Positions 50,970 to 64,000 of a stretch of DNA of 64,000 nucleotides are shown here, in pieces. Under the pieces are notes generated by a model. It saw only the letters and a list, made by a program, of their open reading frames with translations. It did no database searches and had not been told where the DNA came from. Positions within the stretch are counted from its first letter, which is position 1. Every line of letters starts with the position of its first letter. The position numbers and the translations under genes are program-made. This stretch comes from Nemertoderma westbladi (taxonomy: Eukaryota > Animalia > Xenacoelomorpha): contig JAUCBJ010001863.1 of NCBI GenBank assembly GCA_032718475.1, positions 1 to 64,000 on the forward strand. The letters run 5' to 3'.

Positions 50970-52163
50970 CAGTAACGCTTTCAAATAACGTCCTATTGGA
51001 TCCTAATAGGATCCTAATAGGAACCTAATAGGAAATAAATAACCTTTAGAAAATCACTTGGAATTTGCCTAAAGTAAGTCTACCTAGAGTGGCTAAATAT
51101 CAAAGCTTAGAAGTGTCTGTCAATCAACCTCCCGGGTTAGCTGAAAGTAGTAAAGAGAGCCGCTTTGTCTAGTGGTTGAGTTGTATTTCCCTTCCCCTGA
51201 CTTATCTTACAACAACAATACTACCCATAGGCTAATGTTAAATATGCAAAGAACACACTACTGGCTTTAACTCAACATCTGGACACATTAACTACCATAC
51301 AGTAAAGGTATCGCCGCTTGTGTAAAATAGGCCCGCCAACACGTTGAGTGAGCTACAACAAGAAGTTGGCTGCTAAGGCGTAATCTGATTTTATTCGGAC
51401 GTCAAACTTTTAATAATTTTACTTAAATTATTGTGCGAACTTTTTAGATCTGGCAATTTTACCATTTCCATGGTAAAATAAATATAATTTATAATTAATA
51501 ATAATATCAATATGCCAAGAGGTTAAGTTTGTAGAACTAATAAATGAAAATAAACTAATATTTGTTCTATTAATAATTACACAAATATTGTGTTTTACTC
51601 TTTATTACTGAAAATCTGTTCAATAGTAATAAATACAGTGTGTGATCCTAAATTTATTTGTAAGTTCAATACGATTTCAAATTATTCCAGAGCCCACCAG
51701 CCCTCGGACGTTAACTATGTGCGGATGTGTGTGGATTTCATCTATTAGAGTTTATATTTTAAATATTATTTACGTCAGACTGTCAGAGGCTGGCAATACA
51801 AGGTACAGTAGGAGTGTAATCTTCCATCGACAACCATACCTCAATTTAATGAACTGAACACTACGCAAACTTTATGCTGAGTCTAGTCCATTCTATACAA
51901 CTTAATGATTGACAGGATAGAGAAGAAGTGGACTAGCACAAGCATAGTCTGAGTCAGTCCATCTTCCAGACATCAAAGTAAGCGCCGATTTCCAAGTAAA
52001 TTCCTAATAAAATCCAAGTCAAATCCTAAGTGCCTCCAAGTCTGGAATTTGGGCTAAATTTCATTTACAATTAAATCCAAACTCCTATAGTAGTGAATCA
52101 GTGACTTGGATCCTAAGAGGATCCTATTAGGATCCAATACGACGTTATTTGAAAGCGGTACTG
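50970..52163. mobile_element. Non-autonomous Tc1/mariner-like element
   Basis: ta|CAGTAACGCTTTCAAATAACGTCCTATTGGATCCTAATAGG ... CCTATTAGGATCCAATACGACGTTATTTGAAAGCGGTACTG|ta. Confidence 0.8.
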
Positions 52164-53395
52164 TACCAGGCCACCAGGACCTAAAGCTACTGGGACTGGC
52201 TGACTCGTATCTGGCTGTCTGGCTATAATAGCCATAAATATATCATCTAGCTATCTAGGCCTACCGCCTATTGGCAACCAGTAGTCATTCTGTCTGTCAT
52301 TAGCCTAGGCCTATAAATTAATAAATTGGGCTAATATATAAAAGTTGTGCTTGAAATGGAAACATTTTTGAGAATCTCTTTTGTGGACAATGTAGCCTGG
52401 CAGCCTGGTAGCGTTAGGTCCACACATCTGTAGGCCTATACTTTGTTACTGCTGAGTTAGGTCAGTAGAAGTAGGTCATCAGATCACGTAGCGTTTAGGT
52501 CCCATAGCTTTAGGTCCTCGGTTTTTGTGTCACTCGCTTCGCTCATTAATCAATAAATCAATCAGTAAATAGTCTGAGTAGTTACGTGAATGATATTATG
52601 AAACTCATCTTATACACAGGCTTGTTCAGGTGGAGTTGTCAACATTTCTATGTACCTCTGATCAAAATGAGAAACTCTCGTTTCGTTGTGTCACTCGCTA
52701 CGCTCGTTATTGAAACCAAATCGGATGTAAATAGCATAAGTAACTGGGCCGTAAGTCGCAAATGAGTTTCCACGCTGATAATGCCTCACTTTTGGTCATT
52801 TTGAATGATATATTTATCAATAATATACTGTGGGTCAATTTGACCCAAACGGTATTTTTTTCTATTAATTATTTAACGAGCAATTTCTTGAATTTTATTA
52901 CACATTTTGTAAATAGCTAATACTGTACATTGTAATAGCCTCAATTATTTTATTGGTATTGTTTTGTTTTGGTCTGTTTTATTTGAGTGATGATACTGTA
53001 TGTGTCTTGTTTTTTAACTATCGCATACTGCGCCTTTGAACAGAACGTAAAAGTGAAGTTGCGCCTCGGCAATATATAAAGATAAATAATAGATGTTTTA
53101 TATATCGATGTCGTTGCCTTTCGTCAAAAAAAGGTGCGATTCTGCAAAAAAAGGCATTGTGTAAAAATTTGGGCTGGGGGGGGGGGGTTGTGGGGTTGCG
53201 CCTCAATAACGACACTATATTCTACATAGGACATAGGTGTATATTCGGTATATTACTGGGATACATTATACTGTGCAATGAATGTATCTTCAATCTACAG
53301 TATATAATGGTGTACTGTTAAGTTACTGTTACTGTAGTTACTGCTACTTACGTATTGTATTTACTGATTATCCAATAGTCATGATGTGTATTTAT

Positions 53396-56300
53396 AACTT
53401 CAGCTCTAGTCACTTTGGCAATACGATGAAACTATAAAAAATATTCTAGAACACAACAATATTAATAGGGAGATAGGATACTTATCTCTCCACTCAGAAA
53501 ACCACAGATATGGGGTTTTCTGACACAATCAAAATTCATTCATCTTCAGCGGAAAGACGTAGCAAATAACAGCTGATTACTTCTATAAATGTAAGTGTTA
53601 CCTGTTCACATATACCTGTGGTACCTGTTCACATATACCTGTTCACCATATCAATTTTCATATTTATAACTTCTATCCCACTCAACGAGATAAAGTATCT
53701 TAAATGAAAGTCAAAAGAACAGGTAATGTTCATGAAATAGCTGAGATATTTGAGGTGAATTATTGTATTATAAGTCAACTTCAGCTCTAGTCACTTTGGC
53801 AATACGATGAAACTATAATAAATATTCTAGAACACAACAATATTAACAGGGAGATAGGCTACTTATCTCTCCTCTCAGACAGCCACAGATAGGGGGTGTT
53901 CCAACGCAATCAAAATTCATCCATCTCCAGCGGAAAGACGTAGCAAATAACAGCTGATTACTTCTATAAATGTAAGTGTTACCTGTTCTTTTGACGTTCA
54001 TTTAAGATTCTCTATCTCGTGGAGTGGGATAGAAGTTATAAATATGAAAATTGATATGGTTTTTTAAAAAAATCAGAGGATATTTTGATAAATTATTGCA
54101 GAAAAATACCAAGGATTTTGACATGGATTTAATACTTAATTATGTTCATGAAATAGCTGAGATATTTGAGGTGAATTATTGTATTATGAGTCAACTTCAG
54201 CTCTAGTCACTTTGGCAATACGAATTGATATGGTTTTTGAAAAAAATCAGAGGATATTTTGATAAATTATTGCAGAAAAATACCAAGGAATTTGACATGG
54301 ATTTAATACTTAATTATGTTCATGAAATAGCTGAGATATTTGAGGTGAATTATTGTATTATGAGTCAACTTCAGCTCTAGTCACTTTGGCAATACGATGA
54401 AACTATAATAAATATTCTAGAACACAACAATATTAACAGGGAGATAGGCTATACTTATCTCTCCACTCAGACAGCCACAGATAGGGGGTGTTCCAACGCA
54501 ATCAAAATTCATCCATCTCCAGCGGAAAGACGTAGCAAATAACAGCTGATTACTGCTATAAATGTAAGTGTTACCTGTTCTTTTGACGTTCATTTAAGAT
54601 TCTCTATCTCGTGGAGTGGGATAGAAGTTATAAATAAGAAAATCGATGTGGTTTTTGAAAAAAATCAGAGGATATTTTGATAAATTATTGCAGAAAAACA
54701 CCAATGATTTTGACATGGCTTTAATACTTCATTATGTTCATGAAATAGCTGAGATATTTGAGGTGAATTATTGTATTATGAGTTAACTTCAGCTCTAGTC
54801 ACTTTGGCAATACGATGAAACTATAAAAAATATTCTAGAACACAACAATATTAATAGGGAGATAGGATACTTATCTCTCCACTCAGAAAGCCACAGATAT
54901 GGGGTTTTCTGACACAATCAAAATTCATTCATCTTCAGCGGAAAGACGTAGCAAATAACAGCTGATTACTTCTATAAATGTAAGTGTTACCTGTTCACAT
55001 ATACCTGTGGTACCTGTTCACATATACCTGTTCACCATATCAATTTTCATATTTATAACTTCTATCCCACTCAACGAGATAAAGTATCTTAAATGAAAGT
55101 CAAAAGAACAGGTAATGTTCATGAAATAGCTGAGATATTTGAGGTGAATTATTGTATTATAAGTCAACTTCAGCTCTAGTCACTTTGGCAATACGATGAA
55201 ACTATAATAAATATTCTAGAACACAACAATATTAACAGGGAGATAGGCTACTTATCTCTCCTCTCAGACAGCCACAGATAGGGGGTGTTCCAACGCAATC
55301 AAAATTCATCCATCTCCAGCGGAAAGACGTAGCAAATAACAGCTGATTACTTCTATAAATGTAAGTGTTACCTGTTCTTTTGACGTTCATTTAAGATTCT
55401 CTATCTCGTGGAGTGGGATAGAAGTTATAAATATGAAAATTGATATGGTTTTTTAAAAAAATCAGAGGATATTTTGATAAATTATTGCAGAAAAATACCA
55501 AGGATTTTGACATGGATTTAATACTTCATTATGTTCATGAAATAGCTGAGATATTTGAGGTGAATTATTGTATTATGAGACAACTTCAGCTCTAGTCACT
55601 TTGGCAATACGATGAAACTATAAAAAATATTCTAGAACCCAACAATATTAATAGGGAGATAGGATACTTATCTCTCCACTCAGAAAGCCACAGATAGGGG
55701 GTGTTCCAACGCAATCAAAATTCATCCATCTCCAGCGGAAAGACGTAGCAAATAACAGCTGATTACTTCTATAAATGTAAGTGTTACCTGTTCTTTTGAC
55801 TTTCATTTAAGATACTTTATCTCGTTGAGTGGGATAGAAGTTATAAATATGAAAATTGATATGGTTTTTGAAAAAAATCAGAGGATATTTTGATAAATTA
55901 TTGCAGAAAAATACCAAGGAATTTGACATGGATTTAATACTTAATTATGTTCATGAAATAGCTGAGATAATTGAGGTGAATTATTGTATTATGAGTCAAC
56001 TTCAGCTCTAGTCACTTTGGCAATACGATGAAACTTTAATAAATATTCTAGAACACAACAATATTAACTGGGAGATAGGCTATACTTATCTCTCCACTCA
56101 GACAGCCACAGATAGGGGGTGTTCCAACGCAATCAAAATTCATCCATCTCCAGCGGAAAGACGTAGCAAATAACAGCTGATTACTGCTATAAATGTAAGT
56201 GTTACCTGTTCTTTTGACGTTCATCTAAGATTCTCTATCTCGTGGAGTGGGATAGAAGTTATAAATAAGAAAATCGATGTGGTTTTTGAAAAAAATCAGA

Positions 56301-59300
56301 GAATATTTTGATAAATTATTGCAGAAAAACACCAATGATTTTGACATGGCTTTAATACTTCATTATGTTCATGAAATAGCTGAGATATTTGAGGTGAATT
56401 ATTGTATTATGAGTTAACTTCAGTTCTAGTCACTTTGGCAATACGATGAAACTATAAAAAATATTCTAGAACACAACAATATTAATAGGGAGATAGGATA
56501 CTTATCTCTCCACTCAGAAAGCCACAGATGGGGGGTGTTCTGACACAATAAAAATTCATCCATCTCCAGCGGAAAGACGTAGCAAATAACAGCTGATTAC
56601 TTCTATAAATGTAAGTGTTACCTGTTCTTTTGACGTTCATTTAAGATTCTCTATCTCGTGGAGTGGGATAGAAGTTATAAATATGAAAATTGATATGGTT
56701 TTTGAAAAAAATCAGAGGATATTTTGATAAATTATTGCAGAAAAATACCAAGGATTTTGACATCGATTTAATACTTCATTATGTTCATGAAATAGTTGAG
56801 ATATTTGAGGTGAATTATTGTATTATGAGACAACTTGAGCTCTAGTCACTTTGGCAATACGATGAAACTATAAAAAATATTCTAGAACACAACAATATTA
56901 ATAGGGAGATAGGATACTTATCTCTCCACTCAGAAAGCCACAGATAGGGGGTGTTCCAACGCAATCAAAATTCATCCATCTCCAGCGGAAAGACGTAGCA
57001 AATAACAGCAGATTACTTCTATAAATGTAAGTGTTACCTGTTCTTTTGACTTTCATTTAAGATACTTTATCTCGTTGAGTGGGATAGAAGTTATTAATAT
57101 GAAAATTGATATGGTTTTTGAAAAAAATCAGAGGATATTTTGATAAATTATTGCAGAAAAATACCAAGGAATTTGACATGGATTTAATACTTCATTATGT
57201 TCATGAAATAGCTGAGATATTTGAGGTGAATTATTGTATTATGAGTCAACTTCAGCTCTAGTCACTTTGGCAATACGATGAAACTTTAATAAATATTCTA
57301 GAACACAACAATATTAACAGGGAGATAGGCTACTTATCTCTCCACTCAGACAGCCACAGATAGGGGGTGTTCCAACGCAATCAAAATTCATCCATCTCCA
57401 GCGGAAAGACGTAGCAAATAACAGCTGATTACTGCTATAAATGTAAGTGTTACCTGTTCTTTTGACGTTCATCTAAGATTCTCTATCTCGTGGAGTGGGA
57501 TAGAAGTTATAAATAAGAAAATCGATTTGGTTTTTGAAAAAAATCAGAGAATATTTTGATAAATTATTGCAGAAAAACACCAATGATTTTGACATGGCTT
57601 TAATACTTCATTATGTTCATGAAATAGCTGAGATATTTGAGGTGAATTATTGTATTATGAGTTAACTTCAGCTCTAGTCACTTTGGCAATACGATGAAAC
57701 TATAAAAAATATTCTAGAACACAACAATATTAATAGGGAGATAGGATACTTATCTCTCCACTCAGAAAGCCACAGATGGGGGGTGTTCTGACACAATCAA
57801 AATTCATCCATCTCCAGCGGAAAGACGTAGCAAATAACAGCTGATTACTTCTATAAATGTAAGTGTTACCTGTTCTTTTGACGTTCATTTAAGATTCTCT
57901 ATCTCGTGGAGTGGGATAGAAGTTATAAATATGAAAATTGATATGGTTTTTGAAAAAAATCAGAGGATATTTTGATAAATTATTGCAGAAAAATACCAAG
58001 GATTTTGACATCGATTTAATACTTCATTATGTTCATGAAATAGCTGAGATATTTGAGGTGAATTATTGCATTACATAATAACTTTAGCTCCAGCCACTTT
58101 AGCAATACGATGAAACTATAAAAAATATTCTAGAACACAACAATATTAATAGGGAGATAGGATACTTATCTCTCCACTCAGAAAGCCACAGATGGGGGGT
58201 GTTCTGACACAATAAAAATTCATCCATCTCCAGCGGAAAGACGTAGCAAATAACAGCTGATTACTTCTATAAATGTAAGTGTTACCTGTTCTTTTGACGT
58301 TCATTTAAGATTCTCTATCTCGTGGAGTGGGATAGAAGTTATAAATATGAAAATTGATATGGTTTTTGAAAAAAATCAGAGGATATTTTGATAAATTATT
58401 GCAGAAAAATACCAAGGATTTTGACATCGATTTAATACTTCATTATGTTCATGAAATAGTTGAGATATTTGAGGTGAATTATTGTATTATGAGACAACTT
58501 GAGCTCTAGTCACTTTGGCAATACGATGAAACTATAAAAAATATTCTAGAACACAACAATATTAATAGGGAGATAGGATACTTATCTCTCCACTCAGAAA
58601 GCCACAGATAGGGGGTGTTCCAACGCAATCAAAATTCATCCATCTCCAGCGGAAAGACGTAGCAAATAACAGCAGATTACTTCTATAAATGTAAGTGTTA
58701 CCTGTTCTTTTGACTTTCATTTAAGATACTTTATCTCGTTGAGTGGGATAGAAGTTATTAATATGAAAATTGATATGGTTTTTGAAAAAAATCAGAGGAT
58801 ATTTTGATAAATTATTGCAGAAAAATACCAAGGAATTTGACATGGATTTAATACTTCATTATGTTCATGAAATAGCTGAGATATTTGAGGTGAATTATTG
58901 TATTATGAGTCAACTTCAGCTCTAGTCACTTTGGCAATACGATGAAACTTTAATAAATATTCTAGAACACAACAATATTAACAGGGAGATAGGCTACTTA
59001 TCTCTCCACTCAGACAGCCACAGATAGGGGGTGTTCCAACGCAATCAAAATTCATCCATCTCCAGCGGAAAGACGTAGCAAATAACAGCTGATTACTGCT
59101 ATAAATGTAAGTGTTACCTGTTCTTTTGACGTTCATTTAAGATTCTCTATCTCGTGGAGTGGGATAGAAGTTATAAATATGAAAATCGATATGATTTTTG
59201 TAAAAAATCAGAGGATATTTTGATAAATTATTGCAGAAAAACACCAAGGATTTTGACATTGCTTTAATACTTCATTATGTTCATGAAATAGCTGAGATAT

Positions 59301-62300
59301 TTGAGATGAATTATTGCATTACATAATAACTTTAGCTCCAGCCACTTTAGCAATACGATGAAACTATAATAAATATTCTAGAACACAACAATATTAATAG
59401 GGAGATAGGCTACTTATTTCTCAAATCAGACAGCCACAGATGGGGGGTGTTCTGACACAATCAAAATTCATCCATCTCCAGCGGAAAGACATAGCAAATA
59501 ACAGCTGATTACTTCTATAAATGTAAGTGTTACCTGTTCTTTTGACATTCATTTAAGATTCTCTATCTCGTGGAGTGGGATAGAAGTTATAAATATGAAA
59601 ATTGATATGGTTTTTTAAAAAAATCAGAGGATATTTTGATAAATTATTGCAGAAAAATACCAAGGAATTTGACATGGATTTAATACTTAATTATGTTCAT
59701 GAAATAGCTGAGATATTTCAGGTGAATTATTGTATTATGAGTCAACTTCAGCTCTAGTCACTTTGGCAATACGATGAAACTTTAATAAATATTCTAGAAC
59801 ACAACAATATTAACTGGGAGATAGGCTATACTTATCTCTCCACTCAGACAGCCACAGATAGGGGGTGTTCCAACGCAATCAAAATTCATCCATCTCCAGC
59901 GGAAAGACGTAGCAAATAACAGCTGATTACTGCTATAAATGTAAGTGTTACCTGTTCTTTTGACGTTCATCTAAGATTCTCTATCTCGTGGAGTGGGATA
60001 GAAGTTATAAATAAGAAAATCGATGTGGTTTTTGAAAAAAATCAGAGAATATTTTGATAAATTATTGCAGAAAAACACCAATGATTTTGACATGGCTTTA
60101 ATACTTCATTATGTTCATGAAATAGCTGAGATATTTGAGGTGAATTATTGTATTATGAGTTAACTTCAGCTCTAGTCACTTTGGCAATACGATGAAACTA
60201 TAAAAAATATTCTAGAACACAACAATATTAATAGGGAGATAGGATACTTATCTCTCCACTCAGAAAGCCACAGATGGGGGGTGTTCTGACACAATCAAAA
60301 TTCATCCATCTCCAGCGGAAAGACGTAGCAAATAACAGCTGATTACTTCTATAAATGTAAGTGTTACCTGTTCTTTTGACGTTCATTTAAGATTCTCTAT
60401 CTCGTGGAGTGGGATAGAAGTTATAAATATGAAAATTGATATGGTTTTTGAAAAAAATCAGAGGATATTTTGATAAATTATTGCAGAAAAATACCAAGGA
60501 TTTTGACATCGATTTAATACTTCATTATGTTCATGAAATAGCTGAGATATTTGAGGTGAATTATTGTATTAAGACAACTTGAGCTCTAGTCACTTTGGCA
60601 ATACGATGAAACTATAAAAAATATTCTAGAACACAACAATATTAATAGGGAGATAGGATACTTATCTCTCCACTCAGAAAGCCACAGATAGGGGGTGTTC
60701 CAACGCAATCAAAATTCATCCATCTCCAGCGGAAAGACGTAGCAAATAACAGCAGATTACTTCTATATGTAAGTGTTACCTGTTCTTTTGACTTTCATTT
60801 AAGATACTTTATCTCGTTGAGTGGGATAGAAGTTATTAATATGAAAATTGATATGGTTTTTGAAAAAAATCAGAGGATATTTTGATAAATTATTGCAGAA
60901 AAATACCAAGGAATTTGACATGGATTTAATACTTCATTATGTTCATGAAATAGCTGAGATATTTGAGGTGAATTATTGTATTATGAGTCAACTTCAGCTC
61001 TAGTCACTTTGGCAATACGATGAAACTATAATAAATATTCTAGAACACAACAATATTAACAGGGAGATAGGCTCTTATCTCTCCACTCAGACAGCCACAG
61101 ATAGGGGGTGTTCCAACGCAATCAAAATTCATCCATCTCCAGCGGAAAGACATAGCAAATAACAGCTGATTACTGCTATAAATGTAAGTGTTACCTGTTC
61201 TTTTGACGTTCATTTAAGATTCTCTATCTCGTGGAGTGGGATAGAAGTTATAAATATGAAAATCGATATGATTTTTGTAAAAAATCAGAGGATATTTTGA
61301 TAAATTATTGCAGAAAAACACCAAGGATTTTGACATTGCTTTAATACTTCATTATGTTCATGAAATAGCTGAGATATTTGAGGTGAATTATTGCATTACA
61401 TAATAACTTTAGCTCCAGCCACTTTAGCAATACGATGAAACTATAATAAATATTCTAGAACACAACAATATTAATAGGGAGATAGGCTACTTATTTCTCA
61501 AATCAGACAGCCACAGATGGGGGGTGTTCTGACACAATCAAAATTCATCCATCTCCAGCGGAAAGACATAGCAAATAACAGCTGATTACTTCTATAAATG
61601 TAAGTGTTACCTGTTCTTTTGACTTTCATTTAAGATTCTTTATCTCGTGGAGTGGGATAGAAGTTATAAATATGAAAATTGATATGGTTTTTGAAAAAAA
61701 TCAGAGGATATTTTGATAAATTATTGCATAAAAATACCAAGGATTTTGACATGGATTTAATACTTCATTATGTTCATGAAATAGCTGAGATACTTGAGGT
61801 GAATTATTGCATTACATAATAACTTTAGCTCCAACCACTTTAGCAATACGATGAAACTATAATAAATATTCTAGAACACAACAATATTAATAGGGAGATA
61901 GGCTACTTATCTCTCAACTCATACAACCACAGATAGGGGGTTTTCTGACACAATCAAAATTCATTCATCTTCAGCGGAAAGACGTAGCAAATAACAGCTG
62001 ATTACTTCTATAAATGTAAGTGTTACCTGTTCTTTTGATTTTCATTTAAGATTATCTATCTCGTGGAGTGGGTTAGAAGTTATAAATATTAAAATCGATA
62101 TGGTTAAAGTAAAGAATCAGAGGATATTTTGATAAATTATTGCAGAAAAACACCAATTATTTTGACATGGCTTTAATACTTCATTATGTTCATGAAATAG
62201 CTGAGATATTTGAGGTGAATTATTGCATTACTTTTATTTTATTATTAATTTTAGCTCCAGCCACTTTAGCAATACGATGAAACAATAATAAATATTCTAG

Positions 62301-63444
62301 AACACAGCAATATTAATAGGGAGATAGGATACTTATCTCTCCACCCAGAAAGCCACAGATAGGGGGTGTTCCAACGCAATCAAAATTAATCCATCTCCAG
62401 CGGAAAGACGTAGCAAATAACAGCTGATTACTTCTATAAATGTAAGTGTTACCTGTTCTTTTGACTTTCATTTAAGATACTTTATCTCGTTGAGTGGGAT
62501 AGAAGTTATAAATATGAAAATCGATATGATTTTTGTAAAAAATCAGAGGATATTTTGATAAATTATTGCAGAAAAACACCAAGGATTTTGACATGGCTTT
62601 AATACTTCATTATGTTCATGAAATAGCTGAGATATTTGAGGTGAATTATTGCATTAATTACATAATAACTTTAGCTCCAGCCACTTTAGCAATACGATGA
62701 AACTATAATAAATATTCTAGAACACAACAATATTAATAGGGAGATAGGCTACTTATTTCTCAACTCAGACAGCCACAGATAGGGGGTGTTCCAACGCAAT
62801 CAAAATTCATCCATCTCCAGCGGAAAGACGTAGCAAATAACAGCTGATTACTTCTATAAATGTAAGTGTTACCTGTTCTTTTGACGTTCATTTAAGATTC
62901 TCTATCTCGTGGAGTGGGATAGAAGTTATAAATATGAAAATTGATATGGTTTTTTAAAAAAATCAGAGGATATTTTGATAAATTATTGCAGAAAAATACC
63001 AAGGATTTTGACATGGATTTAATACTTCATTATGTTCATGAAATAGCTGAGATATTTGAGGTTAATTATTGTATTATAAGTCAACTTCAGCTCTAGTCAC
63101 TTTGGCAATACGATGAAACTATAATAAATATTCTAGAACACAACAATATTGACAGGGAGATAGGCTACTTATCTCTCCTCTCAGACAGCCACAGATAGGG
63201 GGTGTTCCAACGCAATCAAAATTCATCCATCTCCAGCGGAAAGACGTAGCAAATAACAGCTGATTACTTCTATAAATGTAAGTGTTACCTGTTCTTTTGA
63301 CGTTCATTTAAGATTCTCTATCTCGTGGAGTGGGATAGAAGTTATAAATATGAAAATTGATATGGTTTTTTAAAAAAATCAGAGGATATTTTGATAAATT
63401 ATTGCAGAAAAATACCAAGGATTTTGACATGGATTTAATACTTC
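53396..63444. repeat. Satellite array, ~418-bp monomer, ~24 copies
   Basis: aacttcagctctagtcactttggcaatacgatgaaac... recurs about every 418 nt, with recurring variant monomer types. Confidence 0.97.
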
Positions 63445-64000
63445 TGTTCGCGGTATTTCAACTTTCCATAACGCGAGTTGAATATTTTTGTATTTATTTA
63501 AAATTGATTATTCCGATATTACTACTGGGTGCGGGACCATGGGTTTTGGGCACATTCAAGAAACTGGGGGCGATTTATGGGCGAACTTTGGGGCAACTTA
63601 CAGGGTACGGGAATAATTTCATAGTTATAAGGGCCAGGGGGGGATGGAAAATGCAAGCAGTATTCAGGTTAGCCTGAGTACTATTAGGCCCTGGCCAACT
63701 TCCTGCTGCCTGTAGGGGTGGATTTGGTAATGCGCCAGGCCTAAAGGACAAGGACTGCCCTTAGCGGTCCCTGGCCAACAGCAGCCATTACGAGACTGAA
63801 AAGAACTCGGACCGCTGACTGCTTGTGTCAGGGATTTGCGACGGGCACCGACGGCCCCTTAGTAGCCAAGCCGTTCTGGTTCTCGATGATCGTTCCCTTC
63901 GGGGTTCGTGAGGGGTGGAGCGGACACGCGAACGGGTGGCCAACTAACGACTGCCCCCTGACCTAAGCCGTACTGGTTCTCGATGACCGATCCCTTCGGG
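63445..64000. mobile_element. LTR of the same family as 10165-11718, inverted, inserted into the satellite and cut by the window end
   Basis: tgttcgcggtatttcaactttccataacgcgagttgaatattttt is the reverse complement of 11672-11718, and similarity continues to the window end. Confidence 0.85.

Larger units (their letters stand above)
17285..53392. repeat. Tandem segmental duplication, copy B, expanded by insertions
   Basis: Collinear with 1-14260. Extra blocks include 20085-24288, ~26277-44285, ~47003-48210 and ~50095-53095. Confidence 0.85.

Noticed and set aside
53396-63444. Regular repeat array as a CRISPR locus
   Set aside because: Whole 418-bp units repeat with no unique spacers and no cas genes, in a eukaryotic context. 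The same applies to the 68-, 32- and 21-bp arrays.
63119-63677. ORFs at the satellite/LTR junction
   Set aside because: They are chance frames across non-coding repeats.

Overview
AT-rich, intron-containing eukaryotic DNA, most likely from an invertebrate animal; no rRNA, tRNA or CRISPR array is recognisable. The window holds two tandem copies of a minus-strand gene cassette: a GPI-anchored Ly6/uPAR (three-finger) gene plus a secreted coiled-coil/fibrinogen C-terminal domain (FReD) gene. Copy A spans <1-~14.3 kb and copy B ~16.9-53.4 kb, with a third truncated FReD 5' fragment near 13.4 kb. Copy B has been inflated by insertions. The largest is a young, apparently full-length CRE-clade non-LTR retrotransposon (14-bp TSD, poly(A), empty site visible in copy A) with a ~170-aa Pro/Thr/Ser repeat inserted in frame inside its reverse transcriptase. 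Copy B also carries nested Tc1/CACTA/hAT-like DNA transposons, a BEL gag remnant and tandem-repeat expansions, one of which encodes ten perfect heptads of the FReD stalk. Copy A carries two solo-LTR-like elements and a broken RTE LINE, and a piggyBac MITE lies just beyond it. The last ~10 kb is a ~418-bp satellite array ended by a second copy of one LTR family. That family carries tandem kink-turn/hammerhead-like cUUCGg hairpins. Gene models are inferred by eye from splice signals and phase, and family names come from motif recognition, not database searches.
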